DNA from: Dehalococcoidia bacterium
Lineage (GTDB): Bacteria; Chloroflexota; Dehalococcoidia; Plut-88900
NCBI GenBank assembly: GCA_965197585.1
Contig: OZ240215.1
Coordinates: 768,001-832,000 of the forward strand
Length of the DNA: 64,000 nucleotides
Direction of reading: 5' to 3'
The notes below the pieces were generated by a model. That model was not told where the DNA came from and made no database searches. It saw only the letters and a program-made list of their open reading frames with translations. Below, in pieces: positions 35,028-43,378 of this stretch; position 1 is the stretch's first letter, and every line of letters starts with the position of its first letter. The position numbers were made by a program, and so were the translations under genes.

Positions 35028-35240
35028 CTACTTCCTGCCTGCGAGCCTCAGCACCTGCCGCACCACCACGAAACCCGAGAAGATGCCCAGCCCATTGAGG
35101 GCGAAGACCTCCAGGCTCCAGGTGATGGCCAGCGGCGCTAGCAAAAGGACTCCCAGGACCGGCCACTTGAACCTCACCAGGCACCGGGCAACCCTGAGGG
35201 CGGCGCTCATGACCATGGAGAGCACTACGAGAACTTGCAT
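35028..35240 (-). CDS. Small membrane protein
   Basis: AAAGGAGG RBS; hydrophobic 70-aa ORF heading the backbone operon. Confidence 0.55.
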   Translation of the reverse strand: MQVLVVLSMVMSAALRVARCLVRFKWPVLGVLLLAPLAITWSLEVFALNGLGIFSGFVVVRQVLRLAGRK

Positions 35241-35795
35241 GTGAACCTCCTTTGCTTTTGTTCACACCGGCATCCACGGTGCGAGACTCGACCTGACTAA
35301 CGAACGGAAATTGACGCGGCTTCCCCCCGGACCGGATGCAGGCATGGAGGAGAGATGAGGGGGACTATGTGTGTTCCTGCGAAGACAACGGCGGTCGGGA
35401 AGTGGGTAAACTACCGCTGTTTCTGAGACCGGGGCCTTGGTTGCTCCTGGCGGAACAGTGCGTGACGAACCGGCCGGGGCACGGGGCTTACCTCGACGTT
35501 TACTGATGTGTCCCTGCGGGGAGACCTTCGGGAGAGCAAGGCTCGATCCTTCCGGTCATGACCCCTGGGCGGCTGTTCGGAGAGCGAGGCTCGATCCTAT
35601 GCAGCCTGTCCCGGATTCGGGGGACGGTAATCCTCCAAGTTTCTAAGGCGTGAAACGCTGGAAAAAGCCAGACAACAATTTCAGTATTGCCGAACAGAGA
35701 GGCTTTGGAAAGGGATTCGGGGAGCATTTTGCGGGCGCTGGCACCGATCACTTGCTCCGTGGCCATACCCCACCTTCATCCCGCCGCCGGGCTCT

Positions 35796-36611
35796 CTATC
35801 TCCACCAGAGGCCCAGGGTGAGGGATCGGCGGATCCAGCGCAGCAGTCTCCGCCTGTGCAACGCCCTCCGGGTGTCGTGGAGGGCCGTGTGACGCCAGCC
35901 GGTCTGGCCCCGGCGCCCGAACCCCCGCAACGGCTGGGTCTCGGGAGGGAGGGTCAACCCGTGCTCCTCCAGCATTGCCAGCTCCAGGACCAGCAGCCTC
36001 TCCGCCGTCACCAACCACGACAGGCTCCGTCCTCGGTGGGGATGCCCTGCCCGCAGCCGGCGCCACTCCTCCACCAGGGGCCACGCAGGGCCGTAGACCT
36101 CGGGATCGTCCTCGGTGGGACCCTCGGTGACAACCTCGGGGTCCGTACGCCGCATGGCACCCTGGCTTTGGGGACGCAACCCCTCCACTGAGGGGGCCCC
36201 GTCTTCTTCCTCGTTCCCTGCACCCCACCCCTCCTCGGCCCCCGGGTGGTCGGCGTCCCCGCCTTCGGCAACCGGTTCTAGTGCCTCCACCCTGTCCCGC
36301 AACTCCCCCACCTCCCCCTCCAGCCGCTCGATGCGGTCCTCCAACGTCCCACCCCCTGGGGCCTCGGCGCCTTCATCGTCCCCCAGCAGCTTATCCAGGG
36401 CCTGGCCCACGTGGTCCGTGATACGGCCCGTCTCCTCGGCCCTCACCACAGTCTTGTAGTTGACGCCCAGCAGCCTGGCCGCCCCCGTGCGGCCCTTCCG
36501 TTTCACCAGGTCCCCCAGCAGGGCGCTCAATCGGCTGCGCCTCTCGCCATCTTCCAGGGCCTCTTCATTCTCATTCACCGGCATATCCGTCATAACCCGA
36601 TCCTCCTTCAT
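35796..36611 (-). CDS. Hypothetical protein with N-terminal HTH and coiled coil
   Basis: GRTGAARLLGVNYKTVVRA; LEDRIERLEGEVGELRDRVEALE. Confidence 0.6.
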   Translation of the reverse strand: MKEDRVMTDMPVNENEEALEDGERRSRLSALLGDLVKRKGRTGAARLLGVNYKTVVRAEETGRITDHVGQALDKLLGDDEGAEAPGGGTLEDRIERLEGEVGELRDRVEALEPVAEGGDADHPGAEEGWGAGNEEEDGAPSVEGLRPQSQGAMRRTDPEVVTEGPTEDDPEVYGPAWPLVEEWRRLRAGHPHRGRSLSWLVTAERLLVLELAMLEEHGLTLPPETQPLRGFGRRGQTGWRHTALHDTRRALHRRRLLRWIRRSLTLGLWWR

Positions 36612-37020
36612 TGACTTCCTGTAGGGGGCCTTCCGGGAGGGTTCTTGGCTCCCCTGTCACCGCTTCGCTTGCTCGCCTGCAAACACCCAACCCCGCTTCG
36701 CATCACAAAACCGGGTTCCCGCACGGGAACTTTTGGCCCAAATCCGTGGAACAGACCCGCACCAAAAACCGCTTGCTGCGTTGTCCCGGAGCTCCCTCTT
36801 TTTCACCGTTTTCAGCCACGGAAAGACTCTTTACTTCCCATGCGGGAACTCAACCAAATCCCTGTACACCCCAATGACATCACAAAACGCCCTTTTGAGG
36901 TCAGGGCCCGTGGGGCGGGCTCGTCCGCAGGCCCCCCTCACAGACCATTCCTGGACCGGCCCGGAGCTCCCAGACTCGACGGAGAACTTTCGACCCGTTT
37001 ACGGACAAGGAGACGACGGT

Positions 37021-37614
37021 TTGTCACCCCGGTCAAAACTGAAGTGCATTGGACGGCTGGTACTCCCGGCCATCACCGTGTTTATGGCAACACTCCTTGT
37101 GTTGACCGCCATTGCTCCGGTCCTGTCGCAGGACACGGGCCTCACCCTGGTCAACAAAGACCGGGACCTGGTGGAGCGGAAGAAGGATGGGCGGTTCATA
37201 GCCCGTCCCGTCTTCAGCCGGGAGCTGGACGCCCTCTACTACGCCATCCGTGACGCCGACAACGGCGACTGGGTGACCCTCATGTACAGGGTGCAGGGCG
37301 GCGAGAAAAAGCTGAAGGACGGCTGGGAGTATTCCTGGGAGTACCCGGCCCTGTCCGAGCAGCCCGACCTGGACCCCGGGAAGGCCTACCTGCTGGTCAT
37401 CGGCGTCCCCGCCGACGCCCAGGGCGGCCCCTACGTCTTCCACACCCTTGTACCCGTGTACCAGCCCAGCGGGATTTTCGACCGGATCCTGGCGGCCCTG
37501 AACCCGGCCAGGTGGGCAAAGGCCTTCGCCCGCTGGGTGATAGAGGGAGTGCACGGAGGCCTGTGCGGGGTGGTGGAGCGGGCCACGAGGACCGAGATCG
37601 ACAACTGCGACTAA
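37021..37614 (+). CDS. Secreted hypothetical protein, first gene of the tra operon
   Basis: TTG at 37021 after AAGGAG, in the frame of the 36733 ORF, yields a basic-hydrophobic signal peptide. Confidence 0.6.
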   Translation: MSPRSKLKCIGRLVLPAITVFMATLLVLTAIAPVLSQDTGLTLVNKDRDLVERKKDGRFIARPVFSRELDALYYAIRDADNGDWVTLMYRVQGGEKKLKDGWEYSWEYPALSEQPDLDPGKAYLLVIGVPADAQGGPYVFHTLVPVYQPSGIFDRILAALNPARWAKAFARWVIEGVHGGLCGVVERATRTEIDNCD

Positions 37615-37626
37615 GGACTCTATGCC

Positions 37627-38616
37627 ATGAACGACATCCTCACCGGAACTCCCCCCGAGCTGACCTATCTGCACCCCATGGTGCGGGAGGCCTGGACCGT
37701 GGTCTGGGGCATCACCTCCGGGGCCCTCATCGTAATCCTGGGCTGGATGGGTCTGAGTCTCATCATGCAGAACCTCCTGGGCCATACCAGCACCGGATGG
37801 CGGGAGACGGTCCCCCGGCTGGTGCTGGGCCTGGTCGCCGCCGCCACCTCCTACTGGTGGTGCGCCCTGGTCATCGACGTGGCGCACGTCGTCTCCAAGT
37901 ACATCGCCGCGGAACTGGACGTCACCCCGGGCGACCTGCTGAGAGCGCCCCTGGAGACGTTCCTCAGGACGGTGGAGGCGGGGAGCGTGGGCATGGCCCA
38001 GCTCGTAGCCCTCCTCTACGTGGTCTACGGGTTCTTCGTCCTCTACGTCCTGGTGCAGCTGGTATTGAGGCTGGCCCTCATAGACATCCTGCTGGCCCTG
38101 GCCCCCATAGCGTTGGGCCTCTGGATACTGCCCCATACGGCGGGCTGGGGACGTCATTGGCTGAGGCTCTTCCTGACCACGGTGTTCCAGCAGTCGATCC
38201 AGCTGATAGCCCTGGCATTGGGGTTCGGGTTCCTGAGGCAGTACGCCGCCATAGAGGCCTTCGAGCCTGCCCAGGACCTGGTGTGGAAGCTGCTGATGTC
38301 GGTGGCCTTCGTCTACATGGCGACGAGAGTGCCCTCAATGCTGGGCAACGCCGGCACGTTCGACTCGTGGGTGAGCACCCTCTACTTCGGCCTCAACCTT
38401 CCGGGGACCCTGATGCGCTCCGCCAAGACGATTGGGCTGCTCTCCGGGGGAGTGGGAGGAGGGCCTGCGGCTGCTGCGGTGGGAGCGGTGGCTGCCACGG
38501 CGGCGGGTACCGGTGCGGGTGCGGCGGCCTCGGGCCTGAGATCGGCGGCGGAAGCGGCAACCTCTGGCGCAGATGCGACCGGGGCCGGGACTGCCCCGAG
38601 GAGCAGCGGCGAGTGA
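37627..38616 (+). CDS. VirB6/TrbL-like polytopic membrane protein
   Basis: Multiple TM segments, LRLALIDILLALAPIALGLWILP.T.GWG..W, Gly/Ala-rich tail. Confidence 0.8.
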   Translation: MNDILTGTPPELTYLHPMVREAWTVVWGITSGALIVILGWMGLSLIMQNLLGHTSTGWRETVPRLVLGLVAAATSYWWCALVIDVAHVVSKYIAAELDVTPGDLLRAPLETFLRTVEAGSVGMAQLVALLYVVYGFFVLYVLVQLVLRLALIDILLALAPIALGLWILPHTAGWGRHWLRLFLTTVFQQSIQLIALALGFGFLRQYAAIEAFEPAQDLVWKLLMSVAFVYMATRVPSMLGNAGTFDSWVSTLYFGLNLPGTLMRSAKTIGLLSGGVGGGPAAAAVGAVAATAAGTGAGAAASGLRSAAEAATSGADATGAGTAPRSSGE

Positions 38617-38781
38617 GCCCACTTGTTTCGATAGACGGGACTTCGACAGATACACGAGACGAACAGATAGACGAGAAGGCACGAGGAGGTCAAGAGATGT
38701 GCAGCTAGGCAAGCTAAGGCGACGTGACCCCTGGACCAGGGAGAAAGACTCCCAAACAGCAACGGAAACAGGAGAAAGCGA

Positions 38782-39075
38782 ATGGAACAGCTGACCCAGA
38801 CCATATCGAACATAGTGGGGATCATGATGGGGGTCGTGGGCGCCGTGGGCGTAGCCTACTTCGTCTACGGGGCCTTCCTGTACATGACGGCAGGCGGCGG
38901 GCCCCAGCAGATGGACCGGGGGAAGAGCGCCATGCTCACCGCCCTGGCGGGTGTCGTGCTGGCCCTGCTGGCCTACGTGGTCGTTGAGGTGGTGACCGGT
39001 GCAATTGTAGACCCGGGCGTCGAGGTGGATATCCCAGAGCCCGGCACCCCCACGCCAACACCAGACGGGGGATAG
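38782..39075 (+). CDS. VirB2/TrbC-like pilin
   Basis: Two TM segments around YMTAGG.PQQMDRGK. Confidence 0.75.
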   Translation: MEQLTQTISNIVGIMMGVVGAVGVAYFVYGAFLYMTAGGGPQQMDRGKSAMLTALAGVVLALLAYVVVEVVTGAIVDPGVEVDIPEPGTPTPTPDGG

Positions 39076-39100
39076 GCAAAGCAGAAGTGGAGGAAGAGTC

Positions 39101-40777
39101 ATGAGAGAACACGAGGTGCCAACCCACCTGCAGGCCGAGGACCGGGTGCTGCTGTGGTTCACCTTCCAACAGCTGGTGGCCATCACCGCCGTGGCCGCGC
39201 TGTCCTACGGAGCGTACCGCTACGCTCCCGTGGGCCCCTCCGAGGTGAGGATAGTGCTGGCCGTCCTAATGGGGCTGGCGGGAATGGCCATGATCGTGGG
39301 TAAGGTGGGAGGCCGTCGGCTGCCCCTGGTGGCCGCCGACCTCCTGCGGTTCCGGCTGGGTCCCCGGCGCTACGCCGGCCCCCCTGCCCAGCTGGTGCGC
39401 CCCGAAGCGCCGACGCCGGTCAGGACTGCGCCGAGCCCTCTAACCCTATTGGTCAGGAAGGCCAGACGGATCATCATGCGCCGCCGCAACGGCAGGATGC
39501 CGCTCCGTCCCCGCGGCCGCTCCGGCAAGGGCCGCCGCCGGCGCCGGGGGAAGCGCAAGTACCCAAAGCAGGACAGGAAGAAGACTGGGAGGAGCAGGGG
39601 CCGGAGGAACCTGCTGGCCGTCCTGGCCGTCACCCTTACGGCGGCGGCCGGGGCGGTGTCCCCCGTTGCCCTGGCTGACGACCATCATCCCGAGGAGATC
39701 GGCTTCGAACTGAGGGAGCCCGTCCCCGGAAGAAGGATATACGTCGAGAGATTGCATGTGTCGGGCGACTCCGCCGGGGTAACCGTCAGGGCCGCCGCTG
39801 ACATCGACCTGCAGGTGAGAGGCTACGGCGGACCCGGGGGCCGGATATCCGTGTTCCGGGCGGCGGCCAGGCTGCAGAGGGGAGAGACCAGGAGCTACAC
39901 ATTCCCACTCTCCGGTGACTCGCCCTCCCTCACCCTCTCCTGGCGGGACGGGCTGGGGCAGGCGGGCGCTCTCAGCCTGAAGGGAGACCAGATCCCCTAC
40001 CCTCTGCCATCCGTCGAGGGAGAGCTGTGCGACCTGGAACTCGATTACCTGCTTTGGACGCCTGGGCGGGTGGATGGAGCCATAGACTCCATCTGCGAGG
40101 ACTCCGTCGAAGAACCGGTGTCCCTTACGACGGTGTCCGGGCACGAGAGCGTGACGGTGACGGCGCTGATGGATGCGGATGTCACCGCAGTTGCCGGGAC
40201 TGTAATAGTCACCGTCGGCGGGGCCCAGGGACCGGTCCCCTTCGTTCCGAACGGGTTCACGGCCTTCCGGGTCAATGTGCCCGCTGGCGAGGCGGTCCAC
40301 AAGGTCACCTTGCAAGCCGCCCTGGAAGGGGCCCTGCGGATCGACCTTCCTCCCCTGGTTGCCCTGACCCACCACCCCAAGAGGGACGAGGAGATAACCA
40401 CGAGAGTCAAGCTGTACCGTCCCGGAACCAGCAGGACGGTCTCCGAGACGGTGACTCTCTCCCACCCCGACGGGACAACCACCCAGCACGTCATCTCGGC
40501 CACCCTGTCCGTACCCGGCACAACGGTGGCAAAGGACGTGACCGTCACCGTGGAACATGAGGAGCACGTGAGGGCTGAGGTCATGGAACGGGGGCCCCTG
40601 GCCCGAACGAGGATAGAGGCTCTGGACATGGCGTTGACCATCGGCGCCGACGACAACTTCGAGCTCCTCACCCTGCCCGAGCCGGAGCCCACCCCCGAGC
40701 CCGCCGAGCAGACCCCGGCGGATACCGATGAGCTGAGGCGGCTGTTCGAGTTGCTGGGCTGGAGTTGGCCGTGGTGA
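39101..40777 (+). CDS. PrgI (VirB3-like) domain fused to a large extracytoplasmic beta-rich domain
   Basis: HEVPTHLQAEDRVLLWFTFQQL plus two TM segments, an Arg/Lys-rich loop, a third hydrophobic segment and a Thr/Val-rich domain. Confidence 0.7.
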   Translation: MREHEVPTHLQAEDRVLLWFTFQQLVAITAVAALSYGAYRYAPVGPSEVRIVLAVLMGLAGMAMIVGKVGGRRLPLVAADLLRFRLGPRRYAGPPAQLVRPEAPTPVRTAPSPLTLLVRKARRIIMRRRNGRMPLRPRGRSGKGRRRRRGKRKYPKQDRKKTGRSRGRRNLLAVLAVTLTAAAGAVSPVALADDHHPEEIGFELREPVPGRRIYVERLHVSGDSAGVTVRAAADIDLQVRGYGGPGGRISVFRAAARLQRGETRSYTFPLSGDSPSLTLSWRDGLGQAGALSLKGDQIPYPLPSVEGELCDLELDYLLWTPGRVDGAIDSICEDSVEEPVSLTTVSGHESVTVTALMDADVTAVAGTVIVTVGGAQGPVPFVPNGFTAFRVNVPAGEAVHKVTLQAALEGALRIDLPPLVALTHHPKRDEEITTRVKLYRPGTSRTVSETVTLSHPDGTTTQHVISATLSVPGTTVAKDVTVTVEHEEHVRAEVMERGPLARTRIEALDMALTIGADDNFELLTLPEPEPTPEPAEQTPADTDELRRLFELLGWSWPW

Positions 40778-41088
40778 TACCCGTTCTGTGGGCAGTCTTA
40801 ATGGCAGGTGCGGGGTTTGCCTCCTTGGGTGCGGGGACAGACATCGAGAAGGGGAACATGCTTCTCAAGTTCGTCGAGGTGGTGGACGCCATGGCCTATG
40901 CCGCTGCAGGACTCTGCCTATTTGCCGTCGTTTGGGCCGGGTTCCTGCTCATGGCCGAGGGGGCTGAGGAGCGAAGCTCGGGCAGGGCCAGGAGCGCGGT
41001 GGTCCTGGCGATTACGGGCCTGGTCCTCACGCTCTCGGCCAAAGGGATAGCCCTGGCCTTGTTGAAAGTTACGCCAGCAGCCCCGTAG
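40765..41088 (+). CDS. Second pilin-like membrane protein
   Basis: VVWAGFLLM....ERSSGRARSAVVLAITGL pattern resembles VirB2. Confidence 0.6.
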   Translation: MAVVIPVLWAVLMAGAGFASLGAGTDIEKGNMLLKFVEVVDAMAYAAAGLCLFAVVWAGFLLMAEGAEERSSGRARSAVVLAITGLVLTLSAKGIALALLKVTPAAP

Positions 41089-41109
41089 TCGCGGGAAAAG
41101 GATACCGAT

Positions 41110-43362
41110 TTGAAACGTGTATTTGGAAAACTTATCCGGATGATTCTCAGGCCCGGGAAAACGGGGGCCACTGCGGCCCCGAAGAAGAATGCCGCCCCGG
41201 CCAAACCGCCCGTCCCCCTGCCATCGTTCTACATGCTGTCCCACCTGGAGGAGGACGGGCCCGTGAGGCTGGACGGTGTCAAGCTGGGCATCTGCGAGGT
41301 GATGGGCCTGGAACTGGACGAGCCGAGGCTCGGCTCCTTCGCGGGGGCCCTGAACGCCCTGGACTTCCCCGTCCAGCTCCTCGTCAGGCAGCACCCTCCG
41401 GTGCTGGACCGGCTGAGGGATGCCCTAAAGAAAGCCCAGCCCGAAGACCTGCCACCGAAGACCGAACAAGCCGCCGAGTCCCTTCGTGGCCTGCTCAGGG
41501 ACCTCGAGACCCGGGAGGGGGTGCTGGACCGGCGGTTCTACGTTGTATGCAAACACGATAGGGCCGAGGACGTGGCTTCCCTTCTGTCGCGGGTCGGCCT
41601 CTTCGTCCAGCCCCTTAAGGGCCGGACCCTGAGGATGTTCATCCTCGCATGCGCACTTGGCGGCTCTCCCAGGGACATGGACGAGGACAAGCCGGTGGAG
41701 GTGGAGATCAACCGCCGGGACCTGCGCAACGGCGACGGGCTCACCCGATCCCTCCACCTGGGGCGATGGCCCCGCACCCTTGTTCCCGGGTTCCTGCAGG
41801 CCCTCATGAACTCGGGCATCCCCATGGACATATCCGTCCACCTTGCCCCCATCACGGCTGACCAAGCGGCCCGCACACTGGAGTGGCAGAAGGTGAGGTT
41901 CGAATCGGCCCGCTCCATGTCCTTCCGCAAGGGCCGCAGCCTCTCCCCGGAGGCGGAGATAGCCCTGGAGGACGTCACCCGCCTCAGAGACGACGTTCAG
42001 CGGGGCCGGGAGCGTCTCTTCCACTCTTCCCTTTCCCTGACCCTTCATGCAGACGATCAGAAGAGTTTGAAGGAGATGACCCAGAGGACCAGGGCCCACT
42101 TTGCCGCCACCCTGGGTAAGCTGGACACCCTCCCCTTCCGCCAGAGGGAGGGGCTCCTCTCAACGCTGCCCCTGAATATCAACTCCGTGGCAATGTGGAG
42201 GAACCTGGACACCTCCTCCCTGGCGCGGCTGTTTCCCTTCTCGCCCCCCGACATGGACACGCGCAGCGGCACTCTCTACGGCCTGGACCTCAGGGCCCGG
42301 GCGCCCATCGTATACGACCCCTGGGACGGCACCCACCTGAACGCCAACACCGCCGTCCTGGCACGCTCGGGCAGCGGAAAGTCCTTCGCGACAAAGCTGG
42401 GAGTATTGCGGGGTATATGCCGCGGAATAACCGCCTACGTCATAGACCCCGAGGGGGAGTACGCCGACATGGCCAGGGCGGCGGGTGGCAGGGTGCTGTC
42501 GCCGGGCGTACCGGGACAGGGCATGAACCCCTTCGTCATGGACCGGAGGGACTCGGAGGAGCTGCTGCAGCGCATCGGAAGCCTGAGGAGGCTGATAGAG
42601 GTGATGGTGGGTGAGAAGCTCGGTGCGGAGCGTCGCGCTGACCTGGACCACGCCCTGGCCGGCTACTACGCCGAGCCCCGGGAGCGCACCGGGTTCCGTG
42701 ACTTCTACGGTTATCTGCAGAGCGGGGAGAACGACGACCCGGAGCTCGATTCGGGGCGGGCCCTGGCCAGGCTGCTGCGGCCCTTCGCCACCGGCAGCCT
42801 CCGCTACCTGCTCTCCGACGAGGGGGACGACCTGCTCCACAACGAGGCCCTGGTCACCGTATTCGACCTGAGGCTCCTTGAGCCCGAGCTCCGGCCCGCC
42901 GCCGCCATGGTCTGCACCGAGACGGTATGGGCCGCCGCGGCCCGGGACCCCAAGCCGAGGCTCCTTGTGGTGGACGAGGTGTGGAGCATCATGCAGCACC
43001 CCGAGGGAGCGGCCTTCATGGTCTCCATGGCCAAGAGGGCCCGCAAGCACCGGTTGGGGCTGCAGTTCATCACCCAGGACGTCCAGGACCTGCTCAGCGA
43101 GGACACCTCCCGCACCATCACCGGCCACTCCGGACGGGCTCTGCTGCAGAACGCCGCCTTCAAGCTGCTGCTCCAGCAGGACGCCGCCGCCATCAGTACG
43201 GTGGGGGATGCCTTCGACCTGCCCCAGGACCTGCAGAAGTGGCTTCTCTCCTGTCCCAGGGGAGACGGCCTGCTGCTGGCCAGGGGAAACCGGTTCCCGG
43301 TCCGCATCGAGGCCACGGCGGAGGAAGCCGAGATCATCGAGTGGAGGCCGGGGAGCCATTAG
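41110..43362 (+). CDS. virB4: VirB4-like conjugation ATPase
   Basis: ARSGSGKS, IDPEGEY, LVVDEVW, KRARKH, ITQD. Confidence 0.92.
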   Translation: MKRVFGKLIRMILRPGKTGATAAPKKNAAPAKPPVPLPSFYMLSHLEEDGPVRLDGVKLGICEVMGLELDEPRLGSFAGALNALDFPVQLLVRQHPPVLDRLRDALKKAQPEDLPPKTEQAAESLRGLLRDLETREGVLDRRFYVVCKHDRAEDVASLLSRVGLFVQPLKGRTLRMFILACALGGSPRDMDEDKPVEVEINRRDLRNGDGLTRSLHLGRWPRTLVPGFLQALMNSGIPMDISVHLAPITADQAARTLEWQKVRFESARSMSFRKGRSLSPEAEIALEDVTRLRDDVQRGRERLFHSSLSLTLHADDQKSLKEMTQRTRAHFAATLGKLDTLPFRQREGLLSTLPLNINSVAMWRNLDTSSLARLFPFSPPDMDTRSGTLYGLDLRARAPIVYDPWDGTHLNANTAVLARSGSGKSFATKLGVLRGICRGITAYVIDPEGEYADMARAAGGRVLSPGVPGQGMNPFVMDRRDSEELLQRIGSLRRLIEVMVGEKLGAERRADLDHALAGYYAEPRERTGFRDFYGYLQSGENDDPELDSGRALARLLRPFATGSLRYLLSDEGDDLLHNEALVTVFDLRLLEPELRPAAAMVCTETVWAAAARDPKPRLLVVDEVWSIMQHPEGAAFMVSMAKRARKHRLGLQFITQDVQDLLSEDTSRTITGHSGRALLQNAAFKLLLQQDAAAISTVGDAFDLPQDLQKWLLSCPRGDGLLLARGNRFPVRIEATAEEAEIIEWRPGSH

Positions 43363-43378
43363 TCAAAGGAAGAACGCT

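Noticed and set aside
42878-43378. N-terminal extension of the 1032-aa coupling protein ORF
   Set aside because: Off-frame overlap with virB4; a good RBS and ATG exist at 43379
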